DNA of 64,000 nt from Leucoraja erinacea (taxonomy: Eukaryota), in the NCBI RefSeq assembly GCF_028641065.1, contig NC_073409.1, positions 20,212,001-20,276,000 of the forward strand. The letters are read 5' to 3'. The stretch's first letter is position 1. Every line of letters starts with the position of its first letter. Below, piece by piece: positions 36,830 to 48,840 of the stretch. The position numbers were made by a program, and so were the translations under genes. The notes below the pieces were generated by a model. That model did no database searches. It saw only the letters and a list, made by a program, of their open reading frames with translations, and was not told where the DNA came from.

Positions 36830-37008
36830 AGGGCAGTGGGCGGAGTTATTTGAAAGTTCATCCATGCAACAATATTTTCGGGTATTTCTCGGAATCTCGA
36901 GCTATAAACTGTTTGCGACTAAAAGCAGCGATGACTCAGAGGAAACAAGCCAACTAGACTCATCGTCAGGGGCAACAGAAAGCGAGCACGGATGTGAATA
37001 AAACAGTG
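36830..37008 (+). promoter_or_regulatory. Candidate promoter and non-coding first exon of UGT copy B
   Basis: GC box GGGCGGAG about 36838, TATAAA about 36903, donor G|gtaagg at 37008; non-repetitive CpG-containing patch 3.2 kb upstream of the coding exon. Confidence 0.45.
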
Positions 37009-37446
37009 GTAAGGATATTAATATTACGCAACTGTATTTTGGATCAGCCAGTTGAAAGGTGCCAAAGAATATTTCTTTGCGGTGAAATCAACGACCAGGA
37101 AGTTAAAAACCTTCTCTCAGATCAGTAAGTACCAGATATTTGTTGCAGAAGACAAAATGTCATGTCGACTACCTTATATTATTAAAGAAATGGTTTAGCT
37201 TCGGGAACTTTATTGAGAATTTAGGAGAACTGCTGAAGTGAAAAATGCTAGACATTGTTGTGTGCAGAATTGGGAGTTAGATCAGCATCTGAGACTGAGG
37301 TGTTGTCCCGCTGGAGGCAATATTAAACAATTCTAAATTCGGAAGGAAGGTCCCCACCAAAATGTTACCTATCTCTGCCCTCCACAGATGCTGCCTAACT
37401 TGCTGGATCACTCCAGTACTTGGTGTTCTATGTAAGCAGTTGCTTG

Positions 37447-37700
37447 AAGGGCCTTCCTCACTTGGCAATTTTTTCGGCGACTTGCCGGCGTCATTGACGT
37501 ATCAAGGTCGCCGAAAGATTTTGAACATTTCAAAATCCAGCAGAGACAAAAACAATGTTGCAACACTTGAGGAAACACCGTGCGTCAATACGCCATCAGG
37601 CCGCGTCACTGCAGCAACACGGCGTAACTTTTTCGGTGACCTGATACGTCACTCCATAATGCCGGGAGTCACCGAAAAAATCGCCGTGGGACAGGCCCTT
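37447..37700. mobile_element. MITE with terminal inverted repeats (PIF/Harbinger-like)
   Basis: AAGGGCCT..CACTTGGCAATTTTTTCGGCGACT at left mirrors AGTCACCGAAAAAATCGCCGTGGGACAGGCCCTT at right; superfamily is inferred. Confidence 0.65.
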
Positions 37701-37748
37701 TAGTCTCCACAATTCTTCGATTTTTTGCATTAGATTAGCACACAACTT

Positions 37749-38298
37749 GCGTTTTGGTCTCCAAATCTGAGGAAGGACATTCTTGCCATAGAGGGAGTGC
37801 AGAGAAGGTTCACCAGACTGATTCCTGGGATGTCAGGACTGTCTTATGAAGAAAGACTGGATAGACTTGGTTTATACTCTCTAGAATTTAGGAGACTGAG
37901 AGGGGATCTTATAGAAACTTACAAAATTCTTAAGGGGTTGGACAGGCTAGATGCAGGAAGATTGCTCCCGATGTTGGGGAAGTCCAGGACAAGGGGTCAC
38001 AGCTTAAGGATAAGGGGGAAATCCTTTAAAACTGAGATGAGAAGAACTTTTTTCACACAGAGAGTGGTGAATCTCTGGAACTCTCTGCCACAGAGGGTAG
38101 TCGAGGCCAGTTCATTGGCTATATTTAAGAGGGAGTTAGATGTGGCCCTTGTGGCTAAGGGGATCAGAGGGTATGGAGAGAAGGCAGGTACGGGACTGAG
38201 TTGGATGATCAGCCATGATCATATTGAATGGCGGTGCAGGCTCGAAGGGCCGAATGGCCTACTCCTGCACCTAATCTCTATGTTTCTATGTTTCTATG
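37749..38298 (+). mobile_element. Young CR1 3' fragment
   Basis: Open ORF2 C-terminus nearly identical to the full-length element; (TTTCTATG)n tail. Confidence 0.92.
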
Positions 38299-38744
38299 AT
38301 TCTAACCTCACTGTCCTGCGGTTGTGAAGTCTCAGTTTACTGCAGCATTCCTTCATACACTGCCCTGTGTATTGCAAAGCTTTGTTCCTTAAACTGAAGC
38401 TGCATTTCCCTATTCCTGCTCAAACTTGTCACTCTTTGAACACCGGCCAAAAGCATGAACTAGAAACATTATCTGCTGAGTGGAAAAGCCTATTCCCGCT
38501 TCCAATTCATATTTGCATGTCATCCAAATTCAGCTCTGAGAATCTACCTAAAGCACACATTAGATTTAGTTTAGTTTAGAGATACAGAGCAGAAACAGGC
38601 CCTTCAGCCTGCCGAGTCCGCGCCGACCAGCAATCCCCGCACACTTACATTGTCCTACACTAGGGGCAATTTACAATTTTTACTGAAGCCTATTAACCTA
38701 CAAACCCGTATGTCTTTGGAATGTGGAAGGAAACCGGAGCACCC

Positions 38745-39697
38745 GATGATTTAGATGAAGGGATTCAAAATTACATTAGCAAATTTGCAGGTGAGTCAAA
38801 GCTGAGTCGCAGTGTTAACTGTGAGGAGGATGCTATGAGAATGCAGGGTGAGTGCAGATGAATGGCAGATGCAGTTTAATGCAGATAAATGTGAGGTTAT
38901 CTTTGGTAGCAAAAACAGGAAGGCAGATTATTATCTAAATGGTGTCAAGTTGGCAAAAGTACAGCGGGATCTGGGGGTCCTTGTTCGTCAGTCAATGAAA
39001 GTAAGCATGCAGGTACAGCAGGCAGTGAAGAAAACGAATGGCATGTTGGGCTTCATAACAAGAGGAGTTGAGTATAGGAGCAAAGAGGTCCTTCTGCAGT
39101 TGTGTAGGGCCCTAAAGACACCACACCTGGAGTATTGTGTGGATTTTTGTTCCCCTAATTTGAGGAAGGACATTCTTGCTATTGAGGTAGTGCAGCGTAG
39201 GTTCACAAGGTTAATCCCGGGATGGCGGGACTGTCATACGCTGAAAGAATGGAGAGGCTGGGCTTGTATACTCTGGAGTTTTGAAGGATGAGAGGGTATC
39301 TTATTGAAACGTATAAGATTATTAAGGGATTGGACACACGAGAGGCAGGAGACATGTTTCCGGTTGGGGGAGTCCAGAACCAGGGGCCACAGTTTAAGAA
39401 TAAGTGGTAAGGCATTTAGAATGGAGATGAGGAAACATTTTTTCACACAGAGAGTTAAGAGTCTGTGGGATTCTCTGCCTCAGAGGGCAGAGGGGGCCAA
39501 TTCTCTGGATACTTTCAAGAAAGAGCTTGATAGGGCTCTTAAGGATAGTGGAGTCCGGGGATATGGGGAGAAGGCAGGAATGGGGTACAGATTGTGGATG
39601 ATCAGCCATAATCACATTGAATGATGGCGCTGGCTTGAACGGTCAAATGGCCTACTCCTGCACCTATTGTCTATCGTCCATTGTCTATTGACTATTG
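38745..39697 (+). mobile_element. CR1 3' fragment; related piece at about 43036-43601(-)
   Basis: WQMQFNADKCEV..; (CTATTGT)n tail. Confidence 0.9.
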
Positions 39698-40191
39698 TCA
39701 CCCAGAGAAAATCCACACAGGTCACATGGAGAACATATCAACAGCACCCGCATTAAGGATTGAGCCCAGGTCTCTGGCACTGTAAGGCAGCAACTACTGC
39801 TGTGCCACCGTGCTGCCCCTATTCATATTTGCATGACGTCCATATGGGAATATGAATGCACCTAAGGCACGGGCATCCGGAGCAGGCCGTTGAGGCGGGG
39901 ACTATCACAATGTTGAAGAAATAATTGGACAGGTACATGGACAGGACAGGTTTAGAGGGATATGGACCAAACACAGGCAGGTGGGACTGGTGTAGTTGGT
40001 TGGTGTGGGTAAATTGGGCCAAAGGTCCTGTTTCCACTCTGTATGACTCTATGACACACATTTGATTTGGTTAATGTAATGTCAAGAAAGCGCCCAACTG
40101 TTTCTAAATGTTGTGTTTTGCCAATGTGTGTTGCTTACTAACGTGTCTGATCAATTCTGCAACAGGATCGGTGCTATTTTCTATTTCCAGC

Positions 40192-41790
40192 ATGGGTAAT
40201 CCTGGATGGAAAGGCAGATTTGCATTTGTTCTTTGCATCACCATCACCTTGTCTTGTCCAATTACTCGAGCAGCTAGAATATTGGTCGTGCCTGTTGATG
40301 GGAGTCACTGGATCAATATGAAATGTTTGATAGAAGAGCTGAACCTTCGTGGCCACAGCATCACTGTGCTCAGTCAGTCAACGTCCTTGTATATCAAAGA
40401 GAGCCCCGACTTGTATCAATCCATTATGATTCAAATGCCAAGAGAATATGAAAATTACAACGTGATGGAAAATATTGTACAAAAAACATTAGAAAACTTA
40501 CAGGAAGGCTCGACAGTCTGGGGAAAAATTAATCTCCAATATGAAATGTTGATGTTTTTGTTTGAGTATCATCAATGGGCGAAAGAGATTATCAAAGCAT
40601 TATTCGAAAACAATAGCTTGTTGAACCAACTTGGAAATGCAAATTTTGAGTTAATACTTACAGATCCGGTATTTGGTATGGGGTCAATGCTTGCTTATTA
40701 TTTAAAACTGCCGCTGGTGTACAACGTTCGATGGCAAGTTGGTGGGGAAGGTCATTTACTCACTGCCCCCTCACCACCTTCCTACATCCCACGCACTGGC
40801 TCACATTTGACAGACAAGATGAATATTCTCCAAAGATCACAAAATGTCCTGCAAACTCTTAATGAGTTCCTGATAATAGAGCTTTTGGTCTATCCACGTT
40901 ATAATGAAATCTGCCAACAGTATCTGGGACCAGACACAGACTTCAAGTCGATTCTCCTCAGAGCTGATGTGTGGCTGATGAGGGTGGATTTTGTGTTTGA
41001 ATTCCCAAGACCCACCATGCCAAACATTGTGTACATCGGAGGCTTCCAGTGTAAACCAGCACGGCCTCTGGCAGCAGAGTTTGAGGAGTTTGTCCAAAGC
41101 TCAGGGAAACATGGACTTGTTGTAATGTCAATGGGAACTGTGGTCAATTCCTTGCCAATGGAGATTACAATGAAAATAGCAGAAGCTTTTGCTCAAATCC
41201 CCCAGAAGGTTATCTGGAGATATGATGGTGAGACACCTCCCAATATAGGGAATAATACACTGCTGGCAAAATGGATCCCTCAGAACGACCTGCTGGGTCA
41301 CCCCAACACACGAGTCTTTGTTTCACACGGAGGCACCAATGGGATTTATGAAGCCATCTACCATGGGGTGCCAGTGATCGGCATGCCTCTGCTTTTTGAC
41401 CAGTTTGACAATTTAGTCAGACTCGAATCCCGAGGAGCAGCAAAAGTGATCAACATTGCAACCATGCACTCTACAGATCTGTTGCAGGCACTCAATGAGG
41501 TGATAAACGGCGCATCTTATGGGGACAACATGAAGAGACTCTCCGCTCTCCATCGGGACCAGCCAGAGTCGCCAATGGAGAGAGCCATTTTCTGGGTTGA
41601 GTACGTTGCCCGACACAAAGGAGCGGGGCATTTGCGCTCAGAATCCCACCGACTCCCCTGGTACGTTTACTATTGTGTAGATGTGATGATCTTTCTGTTG
41701 TCTTTGTTACTCCTGCTCACTGTGTTGGTGGTTGGAACACTGAAGAAACTTTGTCGTAGTGTTTGTGGGAAAAAGCAAAAGACTGAGTGA
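40192..41790 (+). CDS. UDP-glucuronosyltransferase, single-exon CDS (UGT5-like), copy B, 532 aa
   Basis: Same motifs as copy A; start MGNPGW at 40192 is homologous to copy C start; AG acceptors at 40165 and 40190; AATAAA at 41833. Confidence 0.95.
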   Translation: MGNPGWKGRFAFVLCITITLSCPITRAARILVVPVDGSHWINMKCLIEELNLRGHSITVLSQSTSLYIKESPDLYQSIMIQMPREYENYNVMENIVQKTLENLQEGSTVWGKINLQYEMLMFLFEYHQWAKEIIKALFENNSLLNQLGNANFELILTDPVFGMGSMLAYYLKLPLVYNVRWQVGGEGHLLTAPSPPSYIPRTGSHLTDKMNILQRSQNVLQTLNEFLIIELLVYPRYNEICQQYLGPDTDFKSILLRADVWLMRVDFVFEFPRPTMPNIVYIGGFQCKPARPLAAEFEEFVQSSGKHGLVVMSMGTVVNSLPMEITMKIAEAFAQIPQKVIWRYDGETPPNIGNNTLLAKWIPQNDLLGHPNTRVFVSHGGTNGIYEAIYHGVPVIGMPLLFDQFDNLVRLESRGAAKVINIATMHSTDLLQALNEVINGASYGDNMKRLSALHRDQPESPMERAIFWVEYVARHKGAGHLRSESHRLPWYVYYCVDVMIFLLSLLLLLTVLVVGTLKKLCRSVCGKKQKTE

Positions 41791-41924
41791 GATTTTTTTC
41801 CCTTGGTATATTTTGTTTTTTCAAATGAATCAAATAAAGTTTTTGATGCAGAGTCTCCTTTCCATAAAGCATGAATTCAACAAATGCTAATAAAAGCCAT
41901 AAAGGTGAGTGAAATAACAACCTT

Positions 41925-43030
41925 TCAGTTCAGTTCAGTTTTATTTATCATATGTAGGTTAACACAGGGTCAACGGTACAATGTGTTTGACAAGACAACG
42001 GGCCCCTCAGCAATGATATTACAAGGATAAAATTAAGGGGAAAAAAAGATAAGATAAAAGTGACATTGGTAGGTAAGAGACAATATTATATAAAATAATC
42101 AACATATATGATGTGTTTATGAGTTCAGAAGCCTGATGGCATGATAATAAAAACTGTTCTTAAGTCTGGTGGTACATGCAGCCATGCTCCTGTATCGTCT
42201 GCCTGACAGTAACAAGGAGAACAGTCTGCGTGCTGGGTGGCTGTGGTCCTTGATGATGCTGTGTGCCTTCCGCAGGCACCGCCGGTGGAAAATGTCCTGA
42301 ATGGCCGGGAGACAGTTGCCAGTGATGTGCTGTGTGCCCCCTTCACCACTCTCTGTAGTGATTTGCGGATGTGGGCAGAACAGTTCTCGTACCAGACTGT
42401 GCTGCAGCCCGTCAGCAGGCTCTCGATGGTGAATCTGTAGAAGTTTGTGAGGATGCTGGCGTTCATGCCAAACTTCCTCAGTCTTCTCAGGAAAAAGAGC
42501 CGCTGGCAGGCTTTCTTTGTTATTATGTCCGTGTGCAGTGACCAAGAGAGGACTTCAGTGATGTGCACACCGAGGAACTAGAAGCTGCTGACCCTTTCAA
42601 CCTCAGCATCACCGATGTGGATGGGGAGGTGTCCACTCCCCTGCTGTCTCCTGCAGTCCACGATCATCTCTTTAGTTTTGCTGACATTGAAAGAGAGGTT
42701 ATTTTCCTGGCACCAGCTGTTTAGTGCCTTTACCTCCTCTCTATAGGCCTTCTCATTATGGTCTGTGATGAGGCCCAGGATGGTCGTGTCATCAGCAAAC
42801 TTTGGGATGATGTTAGAGTTGTGCTTAGCAGTACAGTCGTGCGTGAACAGGGAGTACAGGAGAGGACTGAGCACACAGCCCTGTGGTGTGCCTGTGTTAA
42901 GGATCAGTGAGGAAGAGGCGTGGCTGCCAATTCTCACCACTTGGGGCCTGCCCGTCAGGAAGTCGAATATCCAGCCACAGATGGGGGTCTCCAGTCCAAG
43001 ATCAAGGAGCTTGGGGACGAGGTTCAGACA
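41925..43030 (-). mobile_element. Rex1/Babar-like LINE 3' fragment (RT)
   Basis: [29 protein letters not shown]; QRLFFLRRL..; short tandem tail at about 41925. Confidence 0.85.
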
Positions 43031-43601
43031 TTAAACAATAGACAATAGACAATAGGTGCAGGAGTAGGCCATTCGGCCCTTCGAGCCAGAACCGCCATTC
43101 AATGTAATCATGGCTGATCATCCCCAATCAGTACCCCCCGTTCCTGCCTTGTCCCCATATCCCCTGACTCTGCAATTTTTAAGAGCCCTATCTAGCTCTC
43201 TCTTGAAAGCATCCAGAGAACCTGCCTCCACTGCCCTCTGAGGCAGAGAATTCCACAGACTCACCATTCTCTGTGAGAAAAAGTGTTTCCTCATCTCCGT
43301 TCTAAATGGCTTACTTCGTATTCTTAGACTGTGGCCCCTGGTTCTGGACTCCACAACATCGGGAACATGTTTCCTGCCTCTAGCGTGTCCAAACCAATCC
43401 TGAACAATCTTATATGTTTCAATGAGATACCCTCACATCCTTCTAAACTTCAGAGTGTACAAGCCCAGCTGCTCCATTCTCTCAGCATACGACAGTCCCG
43501 CCATCCCGGGAATTAACCTCGTAAATCTACGCTGCACTCCCTCAATAGCAAGAATGTCCTTCCTCAAATTAGGGGACCAAAACTGCACACAATACTCCAG
43601 G

Positions 43602-46484
43602 CGTGTCTGCAGTCACATGGTGGAAAGAATAAATGGAACATTGAAGGTTAATATAAATAATATTTGTGTAATTACAAAGTTGAATTGGATCGATGCCCTG
43701 CCATTGGCACTGAAGAGATGTTGCATGCAAAATAACCGAATAACCCACATAACACCACATGAGATGTTTACTGGCCGACCTATGTAGGTGGCACAATGGA
43801 GAGGTCTCGACAAGGGACCGAGTTTGGAACAGTTAGAGGTAGAATTTAAGAAGTATATGCAAACAGTTAATTATGATATACAAGTCTATTTATGCACAGG
43901 CAAAGTAAATGCTGTTGGAGGTGGACCAGGAGGAAGGACCCTTTAAACCTGGAGACAAGGTGTATTTATGAACTTTCCGAACCACCCACTGATGATCAGG
44001 TAGAAGGTTGATCTACCTGGTGCCATTTCAATCCTTACATGAGGGCTGTCCCGCAGGAATGAATAGATAATAGCCCTGAGGTAAGTGAACAGGAGGACAA
44101 AGAAGTGAGAGAAGAGTAGAGTTTTAACAAGAACGTTGTTTGACGTCAGTGGTGGGCAAATTAATGGAATGGATATTTAAAGATAATATATATATAAGAA
44201 TCTGGAAAAATTGGGTCGGATTAGGAAGAATTAGCATGGATTTGTGACTGGAAGGTCATGTTTGACAAATCTTGAATTTTTTGAAGAGGTTATTAGGGAA
44301 ATTGATGAGGGTAAAGTGGTAGATGTTGTCTAGATGGACTTCAGTAAGGCCTTTGACAAGGTTCCACACTTAGGAGTAGCCAGATGGATTAAACAGTGGC
44401 TGTATGGGAGATGCCAGAGAGTAAGGTGGATGGCTGTTTGTCAGGTTGGAGGTCAGTGACTAATGGTGTGGTAAATTGGATTAAAAGTGTAAATGTAGAT
44501 GATACTAAGATAGTTGGTGTTGTAAATAATGAAGTAGATTTTCAAAGTCTACAGAGAGATTTAGGTCGTTTGGAAGACTGGGCTGAAAGATGGCAGATGG
44601 AGTTTAATGCTGATAAGTGTGAGGTGATACATCTTGGAAGGACAAATCAAAATAGGACGTACATGGTAAATGGTTGTGAATTGAGGAGTGAAGTTGAACA
44701 GAGGGATCTAGGAATAACTGTGCATAGTTCCGTGAAGGTGGAATCTCATGTAGATAGGGTGGTAAAGAAAGCTTTTGGTGTGTTGGCCTTTATTAATCAG
44801 AGCATTGTGTATAGAAGTTGGGATGTAATGTTAAAATTGTACAAGGCATTGGTGAGGCCAATTCTGGAGTATGGTGTACAATTGTGGTCGACAAATTATA
44901 GGAAAGATGTCAACAAAATAGAGAGAGTACAGAGGAGATTAACTAGAATTTTGCCTGGGTTTCAGCAACTAAGATACAGAGAAAGGTTGAATAAGTTAGG
45001 TCTTTATTCTTTGGAGCACAGAAGGTTAAGGGGGGACTTGATAGAGGTCTTTAAAATGATGAGAGGGATAGACAGAGTTGACATAGATAAGCTTTTTCAA
45101 TTGAGAGTAGGGAAGATTTAAAGAGGACATGATTTGAGAATTAAGGGACAGAAGTTTAGGGGTAACATGAGGGGGAACTTCTTTACTCAGAGAGTGGCAG
45201 CTGTGTGGAATGAGCTTCCAGTGGAAGTGGTGGAGGTAGGTTAGATTTTATAATTTAAAAATAAATTGGAAAGGTATATGGACTGGAAAGGAATGGAGGG
45301 TTATGGTCTGAGTGTAGGTAGATGGGACTAGGTGAGAGTACGTGTTCGGCAAGGACTAGAAGGGCCGATGTGGCCTGTTTCATTGCTGTCATTGTTATAT
45401 GATTAAGATAATGTGAGTTTTTTGGAGACAATAGTGACTATGAGATTGGTGTAAATAAGGTGAGAATAAGGGGTGTATGTGTCTTGTTTGGGGAACAATG
45501 TTTCACCTTCATACGTAATAATACTAGCCCGGAGGGGTCTTTCACTAAAGCCATGGATAAGTTAGTGAGGTTAAAAGAAACATAGAGTTAAGACATCAAT
45601 TGTGTGGGTGGCTGGAGAGCATGTTGGGGGGTTTGGGGAGAATGGCTGATTCAAATTGGTCTGACCATTGGGATCGTACTACTTTCAGTGGCAATAATGT
45701 TGTGCTGTGTTTTCCCCTGTATTAAGCCCCCCCTGGTGAAAGCTACTGTGAAACAACTGCCAATGATAACGGGTGCAGACGAATCCAGCCCTAAAGGAAA
45801 GTGGATCTCGGTGATAGAGTACTACTACGATTAAGAAGAACTGTTAGGAAAATGTTAAATGAAGCCTGTAAGGGAAGCTGGATCTTTTTTCCTGCCTCAC
45901 GTAATGGGGGTGGGTTTTTGGCCCAGTTTCTCAAGGAGCCAGAGAAAGAAGACTACACAGCATTACGTAAATTTAATTAAACGAGCCTGCATTTTAGGGC
46001 TATATGAGTGATTTGACCTGGGGGATGTGTGTGTAGTTTTCTTTGTCTTTTGAGGCTTTTTAGTCTCAGAGGAGGAAGTTATATAGAAGTTATATAGAAG
46101 AAACAAGTTACTTCTAACTTTTACCAATATGTTTAAAACATTATTTTTATGTGATCAGACATCGGCACACAATCAAGTTGCTTCTTAGTTTTATTTTGCT
46201 TTAGCTAGAACATCATGGTAGGCTCAGAGTTTAAAGTTAAAGGGCAAGGACAGTGAGAGACTAAAGTTAATGAAGCATGCATGCCAAGTAGCCAAAGATA
46301 AGACTGTAATAAAAAGCTGTCTGAATTTATGAATCGGAGAACAATCAGAGAGCGACCAGGCCGTGTTGCCTCTGAATGTTCCAAGCCAAAATTTGTGTGC
46401 AAATAAAGGCTTTTTGTCTTGAAGAATTCTCCGTGTCTGTGGCCTTTTATCCAAACTTTGAGTCTTAAAACCACGACATTAACA
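43602..46484 (+). mobile_element. Endogenous retrovirus remnant (integrase, env TM, PPT, 3' LTR), interrupted by CR1
   Basis: IN: MVERINGTLK..WIDALPLAL..TPHEMFTGRPM, PFKPGDKVY; env: GVCVLFGEQCFTFIRNNTSPEGSFTKA plus TM helix; purine tract AGAGGAGGAAG about 46068; LTR about 46078-46484 with AATAAA, ending TTAACA. Confidence 0.8.
44190..45402 (+). mobile_element. CR1 fragment inserted within the ERV remnant
   Basis: RT and C-terminal ORF 44396-45121. Confidence 0.9.
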
Positions 46485-46826
46485 GAGTCAACATTTATAA
46501 ACATTTTATTCTTTAACAAGAATTAACAGAATTATGAATGAACAGAATTATGAATCTAACCCTATATCACACACACAAACTATTCCCCCGCAACGCTGAT
46601 TACACTGCGAGTCGGGTTACTGAAATGGACGAACAAAAGGCCCCGCTCCGTTGCGTACTACACGTCAGCCCATTGCATTTCGCACGAGTGGCCTATCTTG
46701 CTCCACTACAGGATCTTTGCTTTCACCTGCCTTCTCCCCACATCCCCAGACATCAGCAATAATCAAGAATATGCCATTCTCTACCTTAAAAATATCCATT
46801 CAGATTAGAGAAATCAATATTAATAT

Positions 46827-47137
46827 AGGGCGGCACGGTGGCACAGCGGTAGAGTTGCTGCCCTACAGCGCCAGACTTGGGTTTGATACTGACTACGGGT
46901 GCTGTCTGTGTGGAGTTTGTACGCTCTTCCTGTGACCGCATGGGATTTCTCCAGGTGCTCCGGTTTCCTCCTACATTCCAAAATGTCCAGGGTCGGAAGC
47001 TAATTGGCTTGGGTGAAAATTGTCAGTTGTCCTTTGTGTGTAGGATAGTGTTAACGTGGACGCTGGTTAACGCTGGTTGCGCGAACTCAATGGACCGAAG
47101 GACCTGTTTCCGCACGGTACCTCTAAACTAAACTAAA
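46827..47137 (+). mobile_element. tRNA-derived V-SINE (HE1-like); other copies about 7455-7757(-), 23660-23957(-), 33645-33850(-), 34210-34535(-), 38565-38745(-), 39705-39818(-), 48820-49138(+), 49420-49705(+), 50965-51165(-), 55450-55575(-)
   Basis: GGGCGGCACGGTGGC..A/B-box head, core GGAGTTTGTACGTTCTCCCCGTG..GGTTTCCTCCCAC, (AAACT)n tail. Confidence 0.8.
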
Positions 47138-47203
47138 GTTTGGGTTTGTAAACTGCCCAATGTTTGTCTTGTCTGCAAACTTACTAATCAACCCACCAAA
47201 TCA

Positions 47204-48840
47204 TTTATAAACTCAAATCATTTATATATCCAAATCATTTATATATTCACACGCAGTAAAGGTCCCAGCACTGGTCCTTGTGGAACAACACTGGTCACAG
47301 TGCCCCGGTCAAAACAAAAACTCATCTGCCACTACTCTACTCTCTACTGCCAAGCAACTTTTGAATGTAAAGCCCATACAATCTCTGGATTGTTATAAAA
47401 TCCATCTGGTTCATTGGTATTTGCATTAAGGGAATGTAAAACTCGCTTGATCAGTTTGTATTCCTGGAAGTCTAGGGTAACAGAGTCAGGAGGTTGAACG
47501 TTGTGTTGACTCCGAGGCAATAAGTAAACTTAACTTGTCCTTGTCAACAAAATATTGCCAACCAAACATGCAGCTCGGAATGAAAAATAATCGCATCAAA
47601 GCGAACATTACACAACCAAAGCTCTTATTGGACTTTGTCCCCTTCAACTGTAAAGCGTTGATCACTTTCCCGTGATTGAAATCTCAGCGACATTGGAAAG
47701 GAAACTTCCATCGCGATTGTATTTACCAAATGAACTTTCATACTTGCGGTTAGTTTTAGATAGGGTTTGGGGGCGGGTAAATTGGGTGTTGTATTTGTCC
47801 GTAAGCATTTACCTGTGTTACTCGCGGACAAGTGAACAAGGTGTGAGGGGGCCGGCGTTTTTTATTTCTTGTGTGGATTGGAAGCGGTCGCAGAGTCCCA
47901 GGCTCCAGAGAAGGAGATTGTTTCACTGGTAATTCAGATACCTAAGGTATGTAAATTGAAAACACTTCCAAATTCCCCACAATCTCTGTGTTGTAACAAT
48001 GCATGCTTTCTAGTTACAGTTTCGGCAACGAATAGCAATATTTAATTTTCATTTTATCTTGAACAAACTTGCCGAGAGCTTATTTTTTTTCATACTCGAT
48101 ATTATCTCAACACATATATATTGTATTCTCCATACACACACATTTCTACTCCTAAGATTTCACTCAATAGTCAATATTCCATTCCTGGCCCATTTGACTG
48201 TGTTTTTACTTTTACGCTTTAAACTGAAGCCCATGTTTTGTCTGAAGAAGTGCCTCGAGCTGTTCATTTTGTCCAGAGATGTTGCCTGGCCCGCTGAGAT
48301 ACTCCAGCTTTTTGTGTCTATCCCATCCCATGTTATGTTGTGGGATTCACATACACATTTAGGTTTGTTGCAGTGTTCGCCTGATCTTTGATCAAAAATG
48401 CGAGCTGTTTTAACGATCCCGATAAGGGTAATGCTGTTGTAAACGAACTTAATCGCTAAACCATTTCATCCTACAGTCCAGGCGCCAGCTCTCACACCTA
48501 CGCATTGTTTCCTTGATATCCGTCCTCTTTGATGCCTCCTTTTTCACAGCTTACCCTTCCATCATTACTTTTTTGCATATCGCTAATTCATTAGTTCTAT
48601 ATCGCTCTATATACCGTCTCCTATCTCCCAGTCTAAAGAAGGGTCTCGACACAAAACGTCACCCATTCCTTCTCTCCAGAGATGCTGCCTGTCCCGCTGA
48701 GTTACTCCAGTATTTTGTGCTTGTCTTCATCCTAAAATGCACAAACAGGACTGCCCTGGCAGACCCAATGTTTCTGCCTGCTCCAGCCCCACAGATCTCA
48801 TCTCCAAATTCCTCAATTCAGGGGCGGCACAGTGGCGCAG
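47204..48840 (+). repeat. Segmental duplication unit, copy 1 (paralogue at 61493-63740)
   Basis: Colinear high similarity over about 1.6 kb of mostly non-TE sequence, seen directly. Confidence 0.9.
47560..47946 (+). promoter_or_regulatory. Candidate promoter and non-coding first exon of UGT copy C
   Basis: ATTGG overlapping HNF4-like TGGACTTTG (about 47626), GC box GGGGCGGG (about 47770), strong donor AAG|gtatgt at 47946; duplicated at 62.4-62.8 kb. Confidence 0.5.

Noticed and set aside
40108-40191. Upstream ATG extending UGT-B to 560 aa
   Set aside because: Lies upstream of the splice acceptors (probably intronic); paralogues start at the position equivalent to 40192
46827-46900. tRNA-like sequence
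   Set aside because: SINE head; no complete cloverleaf, followed by SINE core and tail
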